This document shows positions 29,254 to 42,809 of a DNA stretch of 64,000 nucleotides, piece by piece. The notes under the pieces were generated by a model. That model searched no databases. It saw only the letters and a list, made by a program, of their open reading frames with translations, and had not been told where the DNA came from. The translations under genes were made by a program, and so were the position numbers. This DNA is from Eledone cirrhosa. Its lineage: Eukaryota. The stretch spans positions 76,198,001-76,262,000 of the forward strand of contig OZ024747.1 of the NCBI GenBank assembly GCA_964016885.1, in the 5' to 3' direction. Position 1 is the stretch's first letter. Each line of letters opens with the position of its first letter.

Positions 29254-29455
29254 TTAGTTATACTATTTATGGTTATGTAAATACAAAACCTTAAGCAGTT
29301 GTAAGTATTTTACACACACCCTAAATAGTGGTAGGCAGTATTGTATTACTACCTTATTACCAGTAAGTTAAGTAGCTCAATGTAAAAACATCAGATGATT
29401 TACAGAGCAGTTATATGAAATATAAGAATCAAAGAACTGTTCAAAACATCATTGT

Positions 29456-29500
29456 GCTTACAGCTGTTTCCTCCAAACCGAGGTTTGGATTCTTCGGAGC
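29456..29500 (-). ncRNA. Hammerhead ribozyme in PLE1 3' pLTR (copies at 33649-33693 - and 33933-33977 +)
   Basis: tgct-CCGAAGA-a tccaaac ctcg gtttgga g-GAAA-CAGCTG-TA-agca. The U4C core variant is present in all three copies. Confidence 0.75.
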
Positions 29501-30938
29501 AATTTATTAATGCATGGACAGTTATATGACCTCCTCTTCAGCCGAGAGACATACCAATACATATTCAAACATTGATACATATTCAAACATTGTGGGTCAA
29601 CATTCATTACAGAATTTAGAGTGGCAGTACACACTTCGAGATTACATTTATATTAATAGGTACAATCAAAAATCAAAAATATAGGTTAAAATACAACATG
29701 AAGATAAGCGGTTATATAGTGCAAATGTTATATGTGTGGCACGCATGTGCGTCTTGTTTATATAGTGTGGCAGAGAGATATGTGTGGTAGAGGCACTTAG
29801 GTAGGTAAATAAGAGTGTTAGGTTGGTAGATCTGGTGGCAAATTCTTTATATGATTGATATAGTCTGTGTGTGGAGAAATATTATAAGCATTAAAGATAG
29901 TGCAAGCATTAAAAGTGTTATAAGTAATGGAGATGCACAGCGCAGGGATGTCAAGTATTTCATGCACTTCGGCATTTTCATGGTCAGGGGAGTGTATTTT
30001 TCGATTATATGCCCTTCACATAATCCACGACAATCCAGTTAGAGATCGTAGTCTGGTGTTCTTTAGTTCGATACAGGAGGTTGTTACGTTTCTAGAAACG
30101 CCATTGAATACCGCCCGGAAGTGTGTGTGTGGCTAAGGGGAGTTAATGCATGCGGGGAGGTAACTCTGGGGTTTCTATATCTAGCCATTAAAATGTGTCC
30201 CAATATAGACCCTAAATTCTATGGTGATGCGCATCTTCCAAGAGAGATTTTTAAAGTGTATTAACTATAGAGTAGTTTAAATAAGTTATGCTGAAGGTGA
30301 TCAAAATATTATGGTGGATTAACCCATCTTAAGGTGCCACAAATGGAAATTATAGATGATGAGCGAGGATTCTAAATTAATGATCTCTGTGGTTGTAGTC
30401 TGCTCATATGACCAGGCGCGGTGATTGCAGGCTTGCTTCAGGACCCAATGATCTCTGGTAGGATCTGGGTCATCGCTTGCTACATTTGATGTCGAAAGAT
30501 AATCATCCCCAGGCCGGCCAAAGGTCAATCCGCAGTCCTCGCGACCCCTCTCTGACCGTCAGATCATCCATATACGTACAACCCGCACGGCAGTTGCAAT
30601 GCATTCACTCACTGCGCTCAGCAGTCCGGTCCTACTGGTCAACAGCGCTACTCGAATAAATCATTTCACATCCGTCTAAGGAAGGTGTTTCCTCTGCACA
30701 ACACTATCCAACCGATCAATTCATGCTCAAATTACCCTTAGAGCGGTGTAGTGCCGTTCAAGTGGGTGGATGTTGTCACACCTGCCGTAGAGGTATAAAT
30801 GGGTATTCTCCCTGTGAAGGGTTCCAGAGGGATGTCGTTGTTTGTGTTATAATGGATCAGTTAGTGTTGGGTATGTAGTATAAGGTGTGTCTCTGGTGTT
30901 TGATGCTAGATGTGGTGTTAGGTTCCAGTCCGACATTG

Positions 30939-33398
30939 CTATATATTGGGCTTAAAGTTTTGGAAGGAATGTCTGAGGCGGTGCTGGCAAGTTGCAAACA
31001 CCTCAGATTTTTTGTTAAGTAGGTTACGGTTGGAGAAGATAATATTGTGTGTCTCTAGTATACAGAGGTTACAGAATTTATTAGGTGGTTTGTACGAGGT
31101 CGCGCTGCCTATCACTTCCCATTTGAGTGTGTATGGTTTATTTTTAGGTTTTAGATAGTGTATGTAGCTAGAAAGTGAGGTGGAGTTGGCTAGGCTGTGC
31201 TTTTTGAACGAGTGGATGTGCGAATTATATCTGATTTTGAAGCAGTTAGAAGTGGAGCCTACATAGGTTTCTGAAGAATTATTAGTCGTGACGGTGCATG
31301 AGTATATGACATCCTTGGTTAGGCATTTTTTATCTAAAGGGCAGGTTCTATTAGCTCTACAGTTACAATTATCCTGTGCGTTGGTCCGCTGGTTATAATG
31401 CAATGCGGAAGTCTGTGTGGTAGATATAGGATTTTGGGTGTTCGGGTTGACAACCCTGGTGTTATTACTTATACTAGTGTTATTTCTATTGTTACTGCCG
31501 TCGCTATGGTTGCTTGCTACAGTGGTATTTAGAGGGTTTGCATCCCGTTGTGATTTTGTTTGTTGGAAGTAAGAACTAATTTTACTATTATTGCTGCTAG
31601 CTATGTGGTATGCTAAGTTAGGCGTCGTAGAGTATGAGATTTTAATGGTGTTTTTGTTTAAGAGGTTGTGGTACTTGTGTCCTAGAGGGAAGTTTTTATC
31701 TAGTAGTGAGAAGAAAGCCCTAGGTATGTTGGTGGAGACATTTAGGTTGAAGGGAGGGTTGAAACATGTATTATTTCTTCTTCTATTTTTGCTTTTAGTA
31801 TTTGGTGTGTTGCTTCGTCCTAAGGCCCCACAGTAGTTTCCATGGTAATGGTTACTTCCGGTGGCACCCTCCGCTTTGGTGCACTTGTGGTTGCTATTCC
31901 TATTATTAGATTTCCTCATGGACATGTTGTGCGAGATGATGTTGTAGCTATGTGTTTTCTTAGGTAGGAACTCAATTTCTATATTATGGCCGGAGCTAGC
32001 TAATGCTTGATTGTAATATTGTGAGTTTTTGCTAAATATGTTTGCGTCATACGACAGACTAGAGATTCTATTGGACACCCCCTTAGAGATAGAGTTTAAT
32101 ATTGATCTAGGGTGATTAGACTTGGTATCTACGTAAATAAGTTTCTCATTAGGCTTATGGAAAGGTGTATATATTTTTGAGTCTAGGTATAGTGTGGCGT
32201 CTAGGAAGTTAACATTTTTAGTGTTTTTGTCCATGGTGATACTAAGGTTAAAGTTTTTGAATGTCTTATGCAGTTGTTTTCTAGTTCTTTCTATATTAGA
32301 TTTTTTATATTCTATAAGTAGAAGTGCATCATCGCGGTACAAACCACCGTTGAGGTAAGGGAGGTCCTTATGGATTTCATTGAGGAGGTATAGGCCGACC
32401 AAATCAGTGACCTGCGCCGAGTCACTAGATCCCATGGTTATGTCGAAGTTGTTGTGCGTATCCTTGCGTGTCCATAGTTGGTCCTCAAAGGAGATTATAG
32501 TTTTACGGGCCGCAAGGATGACATCAACCTGGGCTCTAGTCAGGTCGCTATTGGTCATGGCCATGATAAGTGCCTTATTTAATAGGATAGGGGAAATAGA
32601 GGTGTAGTACGAATTGATATCAAATTGAATAAATTTTTTGTTCTTATTATTCTTGATATCCTTGAACCATTCAATCACTTCACCCGTATTTCCCCATTGT
32701 TTGAGGTGTATCTTGTGTTTAATTTGTGGGATGATTTTATCCAAAATCTTCTTGCTGATAATACCAATGTCGGACTTGGAAGGGCAGATAAGACTTATCG
32801 TGGGGTTGCTGATGAAGTTCTCCTTATGGTCCTTCAGAGAGAATCTAGGGGGGTTCGGAGTGAAAGGTTGCGTATGCCTCTGTAGTCCTAGTTTAGACAC
32901 TATATTATAACCCTCTACATTAATATCTTCTAAGTTTTTCAAGGTGGTTTTTTTGTAGCTTTTATGTAGTTCATTATATATAAACTTTCTATAAGTATTA
33001 TAATCTAGGCTGTATATGTTATTAGTTTTATCTGCGTGTACAATAATTTTATTACTAGTCTTGAATCCATTAATAGAAGTGTTAAGTTTGTTTAAGAAGG
33101 TGTTGCTTTTAATATGGTGCTTATTGTATTTAATGTTCTTAACTAGTTTAACTAGGTCATTTTCAAAGGAGTTAAGTAGAGTGTTATGAGGGGGGCTTTT
33201 AAAGGTTTTAAAGCCGAAGGAGTCAAAATTGTTAGTATTATTCAAGTTGTTAGATTTGTTTCTATCATAATGGAATGTCCTCCATCTCACTCTATTGATA
33301 AATGAATTTACACTGTTGATCAGCAATTTCTCATATGTATTCCTGGATGGTATTGGTATGTTCTTGGTTGACATGGGGAGTTGGTCTTTGATTAGCAT
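30939..33398 (-). CDS. PLE reverse transcriptase + C-terminal GIY-YIG endonuclease (819 aa)
   Basis: FIQFDINSYYTSI, ITMGSSDS, GLYRDD, VNFLDATL, SNHP thumb; CNCR..CPL..C linker; VIY...YVGST..FK.RY..H; CNLC..E..LLNK. Confidence 0.95.
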   Translation of the reverse strand: MLIKDQLPMSTKNIPIPSRNTYEKLLINSVNSFINRVRWRTFHYDRNKSNNLNNTNNFDSFGFKTFKSPPHNTLLNSFENDLVKLVKNIKYNKHHIKSNTFLNKLNTSINGFKTSNKIIVHADKTNNIYSLDYNTYRKFIYNELHKSYKKTTLKNLEDINVEGYNIVSKLGLQRHTQPFTPNPPRFSLKDHKENFISNPTISLICPSKSDIGIISKKILDKIIPQIKHKIHLKQWGNTGEVIEWFKDIKNNKNKKFIQFDINSYYTSISPILLNKALIMAMTNSDLTRAQVDVILAARKTIISFEDQLWTRKDTHNNFDITMGSSDSAQVTDLVGLYLLNEIHKDLPYLNGGLYRDDALLLIEYKKSNIERTRKQLHKTFKNFNLSITMDKNTKNVNFLDATLYLDSKIYTPFHKPNEKLIYVDTKSNHPRSILNSISKGVSNRISSLSYDANIFSKNSQYYNQALASSGHNIEIEFLPKKTHSYNIISHNMSMRKSNNRNSNHKCTKAEGATGSNHYHGNYCGALGRSNTPNTKSKNRRRNNTCFNPPFNLNVSTNIPRAFFSLLDKNFPLGHKYHNLLNKNTIKISYSTTPNLAYHIASSNNSKISSYFQQTKSQRDANPLNTTVASNHSDGSNNRNNTSISNNTRVVNPNTQNPISTTQTSALHYNQRTNAQDNCNCRANRTCPLDKKCLTKDVIYSCTVTTNNSSETYVGSTSNCFKIRYNSHIHSFKKHSLANSTSLSSYIHYLKPKNKPYTLKWEVIGSATSYKPPNKFCNLCILETHNIIFSNRNLLNKKSEVFATCQHRLRHSFQNFKPNI

Positions 33399-34009
33399 AT
33401 TGGCAATATTATATGTCAGCTCAACGATATGGAGCAGTTAATAGTATTAGTTATACTATTTATGGTTATGTAAATACAAAACCTTAAGCAGTTGTAAGTA
33501 TTTTACACACACCCTAAATAGTGGTAGGCAGTATTGTATTACTACCTTATTACCAGTAAGTTAAGTAGCTCAATGTAAAAACATCAGATGATTTACAGAG
33601 CAGTTATATGAAATATAAGAATCAAAGAATTGTTCAAAACATTATTGTGCTTACAGCTGTTTCCTCCAAACCGAGGTTTGGATTCTTCGGAGCAATTTAT
33701 TAATGCAATTTATTAATGCATGGACAGTTATATGACCTCCTCTTCAGCCGATATTTTTGATTTTTGATTGTACCTATTAATATAAATGTAATCTCGAAGT
33801 GTGTACTGCCACTCTAAATTCTGTAATGAATGTTGACCCACAATGTTTGAATATGTATCAATGTTTGAATATGTATTGGTATGTCTCTCGGCTGAAGAGG
33901 AGGTCATATAACTGTCCATGCATTAATAAATTGCTCCGAAGAATCCAAACCTCGGTTTGGAGGAAACAGCTGTAAGCACAATAATGTTTTGAACAGTTCT
34001 TTGATTCTT

Positions 34010-34047
<38 letters not shown>

Positions 34048-34146
34048 GTATATATACATATATATATGTATATATATATACATACATATATATATATGTA
34101 TGAAAAACCATGTGAGAAAAACCAGAGACCCTCCATCTCAACTCTA

Positions 34147-34182
34147 CTTTTGAAAAGCAGAAGAACTGCGAAACCGGTAAAG
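34147..34182 (+). ncRNA. Minimal hammerhead motif with U3-A8 core, in a pLTR fragment (34102-34318) between (TA)n tracts
   Basis: ctt-TTGAAAA-gcag aagaa ctgc-GAAA-CCGG-TA-aag. Confidence 0.75.
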
Positions 34183-34312
34183 GAACCAAATAAATATATA
34201 TATATTTTTTAAAATAAGACTCCAGTTGCATTTTCGATTTCATCTTCTTTTCTTTATACTTTCACTCGTGTAGGACACCTCGGTTATTTTTCATTTTGTA
34301 AAAAAACCTCAC

Positions 34313-34439
<127 letters not shown>

Positions 34440-34689
34440 CAATAGATAGATAATAGATACTTTGATGTACATGACGGCGTATTTGCATACGTATATTTAG
34501 TACGTATATTCCAAAGTCAGCCACTGGAGTCAGTAACTTCGAATCTACACATATATATGTTTTACTTTTGAGTTTTTCCTTCCTCAAATCAAATTCAGAA
34601 ATGCGAAAAGTCAGCCTTTGCCTTCAGCTGAACGTTTGTAAAACGTCTTCTTTCTTTTTTCTTTGCCCACTTGTTCCTGAGAGGGTCGT

Positions 34690-35040
34690 TGGGTCAGAGT
34701 CCTCAAACAAACCTTTCTGCGAGTCCTGTCAAAACCAGCTGGATCCCCAAGGGACACTTGCCAAGTTCAATGAATGTCATCCAAACATTTTGCTCGGGGT
34801 GTACCCCTGAGTCTCCTGCCGGCTGGATTGACCCATTAACTCTGTCCAGCGATTATTTCCTGAGATATTCTAAATACATGTCCATAGTATCGGAGTAGTG
34901 ATCTCTCAATTCAGAGAAATAGTGGTTATACCTGAACAGATACTTCGATCTCTGAGGTACGCACTCCATCAAATAACGTTACTCCAAAGAACCTTCGGAG
35001 GAACACTATTTCAGCCGCCTGTATTCGTGATCGTATCATT
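34690..35040 (-). pseudogene. RTE-clade LINE 3' ORF remnant
   Basis: IRSRIQAAEIVFLRRFFGVTLFDGVR...IERSLLRYYGHVFR...PAGRRLRGTPR, with stops. Confidence 0.75.
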
Positions 35041-35554
35041 TAAAACAACAGCGAAAAAGCAGTGTTATATTTTAGTTATAACATATATAATATAGCTCAT
35101 ATACAGAACCATATAACACATGTAGCATGACATAGAATATGTAAGCCTATACTACATATACTGCCACATAATTGGAATTTGTATTGACCAGAATGATGAA
35201 AATTATTGATAAGAAATCTTCTTCTAGACTATATGATGTTATTGTGCTTAGATTTTAAACTTCTGCTTAGGAATATTTGGTAACGAATTAATTTCATAAT
35301 TTCAACACAGAATGTCAAAACGTTACATTATATATGTGAGATTCTCGCGTATATCTGTTTAGTATGCAGGACACTAACCCAAGATAATCTATTTCAGCCA
35401 TATTGTTGATATTAATAATAACTGTTTTTGCACCACCCGCATTTATATATATTAATCACTCAGAATCTCCAGCATACGGATGTCTATTTAGTATAAAAAA
35501 GATCTCCTGTGTATTTTATTGAACCATATGTTTGAATCATCACTACATTTGTTG

Positions 35555-36095
<541 letters not shown>

Positions 36096-36457
36096 CGTAT
36101 ATCTGTATGTGTCTGAGTATTTGTTTGTGCTGGCTTGGCGTAGATGTGTACATATATTACGTAACCATAATATGTTTAATTGTACGCAATATACTCCACC
36201 GTATTGCTGTAATAAGATCAAAATATGTCCGCTGCTTTCACCAGTTGGCATTAAAAACCCGATAAATTTCAAGCTGTATTGTCAACATTGTTCAGAAACT
36301 TTGATCGATTGATCTAATCACATTTTGACTATGCCAATTAGATTGATGGTTTAAGGCATCAAACACAGAGATGGAGATGTTTTCTATTCATTACTTCTAA
36401 AGTTTCAGATGGAAGATGGCTTTCGAATTACATTACATATGCCAGAGCCTACCGTAC

Positions 36458-36850
36458 ATGTATGTATGTATGTATGTATGTATGTATGTATGTATGTATG
36501 TATGTATGTATGTATGTATGTATGTATGTATGTATGTATGTATGTATGTATGTATGTATGTATGTATGTATGCATGTATGTATGTATGTATGTATGCATG
36601 TATGCATGTATGCATGTATGTATGTATGTATGTATGTATGTATGTATGTATGTATGCATGTATGTATGTATCTATGTATGTATGTACGTATGTATGTATG
36701 GAAGTATGTATGTATGTGTGGGTATGTATGCAGGTATGTATGCATGCATTTATGTATGTATGCATGTATGTATGTATATATGTATGTGTGTGTGTGTATG
36801 TATGTATCTATGTAAGTATGTGTGTATGTATTTATGTATGTATGTATGTA
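36458..36850. repeat. (TATG)n microsatellite
   Basis: Directly visible. Confidence 0.95.
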
Positions 36851-36869
36851 GAGATCTGTAACACCTGAT

Positions 36870-37131
36870 GGAGTCGTAAGGGTACCGTAGTGACATTTTA
36901 AAGCTGGTGGAGCCCATCACTCTCCAGGCTTGAACACAGCCGATTTTCTCTAGTGGGAAGAGAGGGAGAGAGAAAGAAAAATTTTCCCCAGTACAAAACT
37001 GGTATTTTTGTTAGCAACGTCGAAAGGATGAAAGGAGAAGTTACTCTCGACGAGATTTAAACCCAGTGCAGAGAACATGACAGGATACTGCAAAGTATTC
37101 TATCCAACATTCTAATGACTCTGCCAATTCG
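36870..37131 (-). mobile_element. SINE family 1, long-tail subfamily
   Basis: Antisense of 63163-63430, including the ttttaaagctggtggagccc tail. Confidence 0.6.
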
Positions 37132-37329
37132 TTCTTCTAGCAAAAATAATGGCTTACATATAATGTATTTATATACTTAAAAGACGGCAAACTGTTATCA
37201 AATGTACTGGCTCTTTGCACCTTGTGTTTAAATTTCTCCGATGTGAACATTGATTCTCATGGTAGATTACTTAATAAAGTGAAGTTTCAGCACATGCTGA
37301 TGTGTGGTCCGAATTGTTAGTGTTGGAAG

Positions 37330-37800
37330 TGTTGAGCTGTTGTATACGTTATGACTTCTGGTTCTTTGAGTTTTGATTTCAAATTTATGTATGTATGTAT
37401 ACAGGAAACAGCAATCTCAGAGGAGACAAACAAACACATGGATAATTCCCGCTCATCGGCTTTCTTCTGGGGATCATTAAACTTCCGGATGATTCCAGCT
37501 AGAACTAAATTAGGGATTGCCATTATTTCTGTGGCAATATATATTTATATATGAACAAATCACGTTATTTCACGTTGCTTCAGTCCACTCAGCTGACACA
37601 ACTATTGGTTGTATATCGTCACACAGTGTCACACTGAATCTCCCTGATAACAACGTTGAGATTATACATATCAATAGCAATTTCAGACATGTAGGTGTTA
37701 ATTTCCTGGGATGGCAGTTCCGAAAATCGAACAACTGGATACTTTCCCTTGAAACCAACGGAGGTGGAACACAGCTTGATGTAACGTTTAATCGACATAT
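37330..37800 (-). pseudogene. Possible very old hAT transposase remnant
   Basis: Broken frames FSELPSQEINTYMSEIAIDMYN, GRFSVTL and LKSKLKEPEVIT loosely resemble hAT segments and the 43-kb remnant. Confidence 0.25.
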
Positions 37801-38221
37801 TTAGTCAATGTACAACTTAGTTTCTAAAACACGCTTATTTTTCTACATATGTCATTGATGCATCAACTTAAAAAAAAACTTCTCATACCAACTCTAGATA
37901 AATATCTCAAGTACGTATTTGTTCATAATTTACTTTACTGTTACTTCACTGAACGGAATACCTAGCCATAAAATAAGCCATTCGTGACTAACTTAAAAAT
38001 ATTTGCAATAAAACCTACATTAAAACATTTTAAAAGATACATGGCTTTTAAAGTAATATTTATATTTTTCTGTATTACCTTTAGAAGACAACTTGCCAAA
38101 TGGTTGACATAGTTGATTTCAAGCCCAATTAATGCTGTTTAATAGGAAGACGCATTCTCTTGTCAGAATATTTTTTCAAAGTTTTTACCAATATGATTTA
38201 TTTAAATGTAAACATTTTCGG

Positions 38222-38273
<52 letters not shown>

Positions 38274-38465
38274 TTTCTCCACTTGTCTTATTTGAATTTT
38301 TAACAGCAGATCATGATATTTACGTGAAAAATGTATTTTCAGAATATTACTATACAGGTACTGTTCAAAAGTTTTGACATAATGAAAGTAAAAAAAAAAT
38401 GTTAAAATCAATAAATTTATATAAATATACAGACAACCCCGCACACTCACGGACACACAACCACA

Positions 38466-38541
<76 letters not shown>

Positions 38542-38675
38542 CACGCACACACACACATATATATATATATATGCATAGATTCATACATACATAAATACAC
38601 ACATACAGATGTCAATATTTGTAAAGGAAAAGAAATATATGTATGTGTGTATGTATGAATATATATACGTATATA

Positions 38676-38785
<110 letters not shown>

Positions 38786-39046
38786 TACATACATATATAT
38801 TTTATATATACATACATATATATATATATATAACCAAACTTAGTGATGCCCGTATGTATTTATGTGTGTATGAATGTATCTATGTATGTATATATGTAAG
38901 TATGTGTGAATGTATATATTTATGAATGTATGAATATACATATATAAATATGTATATTCATACATTCATACATACGTACGTATATCAGTAAATTTGGTTT
39001 TGCAAACACAAGGAAAACAACCAAATTTGTAAAGCAAAAAAAGTAA

Positions 39047-39079
<33 letters not shown>

Positions 39080-39082
<3 letters not shown>

Positions 39083-39142
39083 ATAATAATAAATTTGAAG
39101 ACTAAAATCCAAACTTTGCTTAAACTTTAATCTGTTATTTTA

Positions 39143-39150
<8 letters not shown>
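39080..39150. mobile_element. Mini tail-out insertion of the 3852-4080 family in (TA)n
   Basis: gtaataataataaat.tgaaga.taaaatc joined to ctttgcttaaactttaatctgttattttaataaa, i.e. both termini of the 3852-4080 element. Confidence 0.7.
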
Positions 39151-39225
<75 letters not shown>

Positions 39226-39481
39226 AATATCATTTTTTTACAATTTTAATCTTGATATTAAATATGTCGTACCCTATGTCGTACCCTATGGCACCGGTTT
39301 AAAAGTATCAAAACAAAGCTTACTCCAAATATGCATATCTTTACCGAACCGAACGTTATACAAATATTCGTAAATATATACAGACATATACCCCCCCCCC
39401 CCCCCCACACACACACACAAACACATACAGACAGACAGACACAGTCACATACGTACACATACACACACGGACATAGCTTTA

Positions 39482-39522
<41 letters not shown>

Positions 39523-39589
39523 TGATATAGGTAAATATATATGTATCTCTTCCTAACTCTTACATTCACTCTCTCTCTCTCGCCCTCTT

Positions 39590-39625
<36 letters not shown>

Positions 39626-40048
39626 TAGACAGAGAGAGACAGAGAAAGAGAGCGTCTGTGGTGCTGAAACCGAGGAAACCACTAATTATGAGTGTACTCG
39701 TTGCAGTGTCGGTATAGAGATATGTGAAATTCCGACTGCGGTGCCAAGTGGTTTCTGCTTGTGTTTTTACACAAGCCTAAACCTCTTGGTGCCGCGGTCG
39801 AGATTTTACATTTCTCTATAAAAATATAAATATTTCGGTCTATATATATATATATGCCTACGTATACGTATCAAATTATAGGGTTCCTTTGCCCGACGTC
39901 TAAGCTTAAACCATTTGGTATCGACACGTTTCACGCTTAGCTGTCGGACAAAGAATCCCTATAATAATATCTACAATCTCATTACCTTCATTACACTTGA
40001 TTACTAAATGGTCTTATCGGTCTTAACTGTTAATCTCTCATCCATATA

Positions 40049-40100
<52 letters not shown>

Positions 40101-40104
<4 letters not shown>

Positions 40105-40527
40105 AAAGAATAGAGGTGTAACACACAAGTTATTATATATTGGTAAACGGAATAGAAAATGCTGACAAATTGTTCACAGTTGAAAAATGGTTTAATTAGG
40201 AATAAAAGAGTATTAGTGATTTTATTGGTTAGTATTCAGTTGTGTTTTTAAGTTTTTAAGTTTTTACCGGTTGCGCATTTCTAAATGCTTTTCAAAAATA
40301 ATTTTGAGATAGAGTGTCCGTGTTGTTTGCTATGATCAGAGAAAACAACACGGACACTCTATCTCAAAATTATTTTTGAAAAGCATTTAGAAATGCGCAA
40401 CCGGTAAAAACTTAAAAACTTAAAACCACAACTGAATACTAACCAATAAAATCACTAATACTCTTTTATTCCTAATTAAACCATTTTTCAACTGTGAACA
40501 ATTTGTCAGCATTTTCTATTCCGTTTA

Positions 40528-40535
<8 letters not shown>
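40101..40535. mobile_element. Fold-back pLTR pair (family E) with atypical HHR motif (40373-40410 +, 40261-40298 -)
   Basis: Arms 40135-40328/40343-40535. ttt-TTGAAAA-gcattt ag aaatgc-GCAA-CCGG-TA-aaa. 34-nt extension on the left. Confidence 0.8.
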
Positions 40536-40612
<77 letters not shown>

Positions 40613-41465
40613 CGAAGGAAATGTGGTAAGGAACCAGGTGGACCATAACGCACCAAAGTACTCAATACTTGAGGTAGTAGAGTGGGTAATAGGAACCAGT
40701 AAGACCCCGACAGCTGAGCTCAAGCCGTTTCGACGGCTAATTCTGGACTAAATGAAAATTTATCCTGGTATTTAAATAGCCGATCTTCTCAAGGGGTAAT
40801 TCCATATATGGTCAAAGTGATTGTCAAAAATCAGTAGTAATTCTGTGGTTGCAAATTAGTAGGGGAGATGGTGACTAAACCTGCCAGTAGGAGAAAGAGG
40901 GGAGGGGGTGGAGTAGACCCAATCAAGCGTTGGTAGTGCCAGCTACAGCTGGGCATGAGGTCAAAGAAGATACAGGGGAGGGGGAGGGGGAGGAAGTCGG
41001 AACGGTAGGTAGAACAATGGGGGGTAGAAATAGGAAAGAAAAAATACTGAGAGTGAAGAAAAGCAAATAAGTGTAAAGAAAAAGAAAAAGTAAAGTAAAT
41101 TAAATTCAACGACCTAGGTGTCAGGCTATTGTTAGGCGAGAATAAAATAAAGAAAGAAAGAAAGAAGTAAATAAATAAATAAATAAATAAATAAGGAAAT
41201 AAGTAAGAGAACTAGGTGGGACGGATAAGGCAAGGACCCTTTTAAGAGGTATAAGTACGTAAATGATACGGTGACGGGTCAACAAAAGGGGCCAAAATAC
41301 TAAAGAGACTACCACGAAATAAACAATAAAGGTTTCCATCCCGGGCCAGCAACGACCCAGTGCAGCAAAGTGAACTTGTACGAGATAATAATTCTGAGTC
41401 CCGGGAAAAATATATACTAATGCTAACTCTAAAAGATCTAAAACAAGCTACATGAAAGTTCGTAC

Positions 41466-41591
41466 GAAATAATAATGCTGTTTTCGACGGACCAACTCCT
41501 AAACAAGAAAGATGAACTGGTTACTGCATGTAAACATAGATTGCGTAGGACTTACCTCGCCCTCAAACCCCATAATGACCCGGGGGGGTAG
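41466..41591 (+). pseudogene. C-terminal fragment of PLE GIY-YIG ORF
   Basis: EIIMLFSTDQLLNKKDELVTACKHRLRRTYLALKPHNDPGG* aligns with PLE1 IIFSNRNLLNKKSEVFATCQHRLRHSFQNFKP. Confidence 0.8.
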
Positions 41592-42705
41592 ACTGGGGCT
41601 ATAACACCCCAGTTGCCGATTTTGCAATGGGTAACCCCTGCTTGCCAAGGAAGACGTAAGATCTTCTTTGTATTCTTTTATCGCTTCCTTTATTTCCTCC
41701 CCCCCTCTCTCCTTTGTCCTTCTACCCCAGCTCTTCTCCTTTGTCGGCGTCTTTTCTCGCCCACCCGAGGCTGCCCTTTGGCCCCATGTAGCCTTAGTAC
41801 CCCCCCCCCCCCCCCCCTCCCCTAGTCTTTGATAGATTTGGTGGACTCCGCCCTTTATAGCAGTTGGCTTAGACCCCGGATACTTTCCCCCTTTTTCCGA
41901 CCGCTCCCACTATTCTCTGTGCCCTCTATATTTCTTAGTGGCACTTATGCCTTATTTTTTCGTTTCAGTATTTCTTGCTTCGCTTTTCTTCTGGGCGGGG
42001 TGGATTCTGAATTTATTTCTCCGTATTCTACCTTTATTTCGTACGAACTTTCATGTAGCTTGTTTTAGATCTTTTAGAGTTAGCATTAGTATATATTTTT
42101 CCCGGGACTCAGAATTATTATCTCGTACAAGTTCACTTTGCTGCACTGGGTCGTTGCTGGCCCGGGATGGAAACCTTTATTGTTTATTTCGTGGTAGTCT
42201 CTTTAGTATTTTGGCCCCTTTTGTTGACCCGTCACCGTATCATTTACGTACTTATACCTCTTAAAAGGGTCCTTGCCTTATCCGTCCCACCTAGTTCTCT
42301 TACTTATTTCCTTATTTATTTATTTATTTATTTATTTACTTCTTTCTTTCTTTATTTTATTCTCGCCTAACAATAGCCTGACACCTAGGTCGTTGAATTT
42401 AATTTACTTTACTTTTTCTTTTTCTTTACACTTATTTGCTTTTCTTCACTCTCAGTATTTTTTCTTTCCTATTTCTACCCCCCATTGTTCTACCTACCGT
42501 TCCGACTTCCTCCCCCTCCCCCCTCCCCTGTATCTTCTTTGACCTCATGCCCAGCTGTAGCTGGCACTACCAACGCTTGATTGGGTCTACTCCACCCCCT
42601 CCCCTCTTTCTCCTACTGGCAGGTTTAGTCACCATCTCCCCTACTAATTTGCAACCACAGAATTACTACTGATTTTTGACAATCACTTTGACCATATATG
42701 GAATT

Positions 42706-42799
42706 ACCCCTTGAGAAGATCGGCTATTTAAATACCAGGATAAATTTTCATTTAGTCCAGAATTAGCCGTCGAAACGGCTTGAGCTCAGCTGTCGGGGT
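42706..42799 (+). ncRNA. Type I hammerhead ribozyme, U3-A8 core (mirror 40703-40797, - strand)
   Basis: acccc-TTGAGAA-ga t cggcta...tagccg tc-GAAA-CGGC ttgagctca GCTG-TC-ggggt; GUC triplet. Confidence 0.85.
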
Positions 42800-42809
42800 C
42801 TTACTGGTT

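Larger units (their letters stand above)
29250..34020 (-). mobile_element. Full-length Penelope-like element (PLE1) with partial-tandem and inverted pLTRs, inserted in (TA)n
   Basis: Direct repeat 29250-29544 = 33443-33751; 33752-34020 is inverted to 29415-29682. (TA)n on both sides; intact ORF. Confidence 0.93.

Noticed and set aside
30400-30660. GC-richer patch in the PLE1 3' UTR: possible tRNA-Sec/SECIS, or mini-ORF MHCNCRAGCT
   Set aside because: No cloverleaf or SECIS fold found by eye, the PLE ORF has no in-frame TGA, and the peptide similarity is too short.
37517-37804. 95-aa + strand ORF as a host exon
   Set aside because: No recognisable domain; the opposite strand looks more like a decayed transposase.
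39874-39965. Imperfect hairpin with GAAACGTGTC on the - strand
   Set aside because: Only a 3' half-core with no CUGANGA; possibly a truncated pLTR but not callable as a ribozyme.
40831-42672. Duplicated hydrophobic ORFs on both strands
   Set aside because: Products of the pyrimidine-rich PLE4 3' UTR and its inverted copy.
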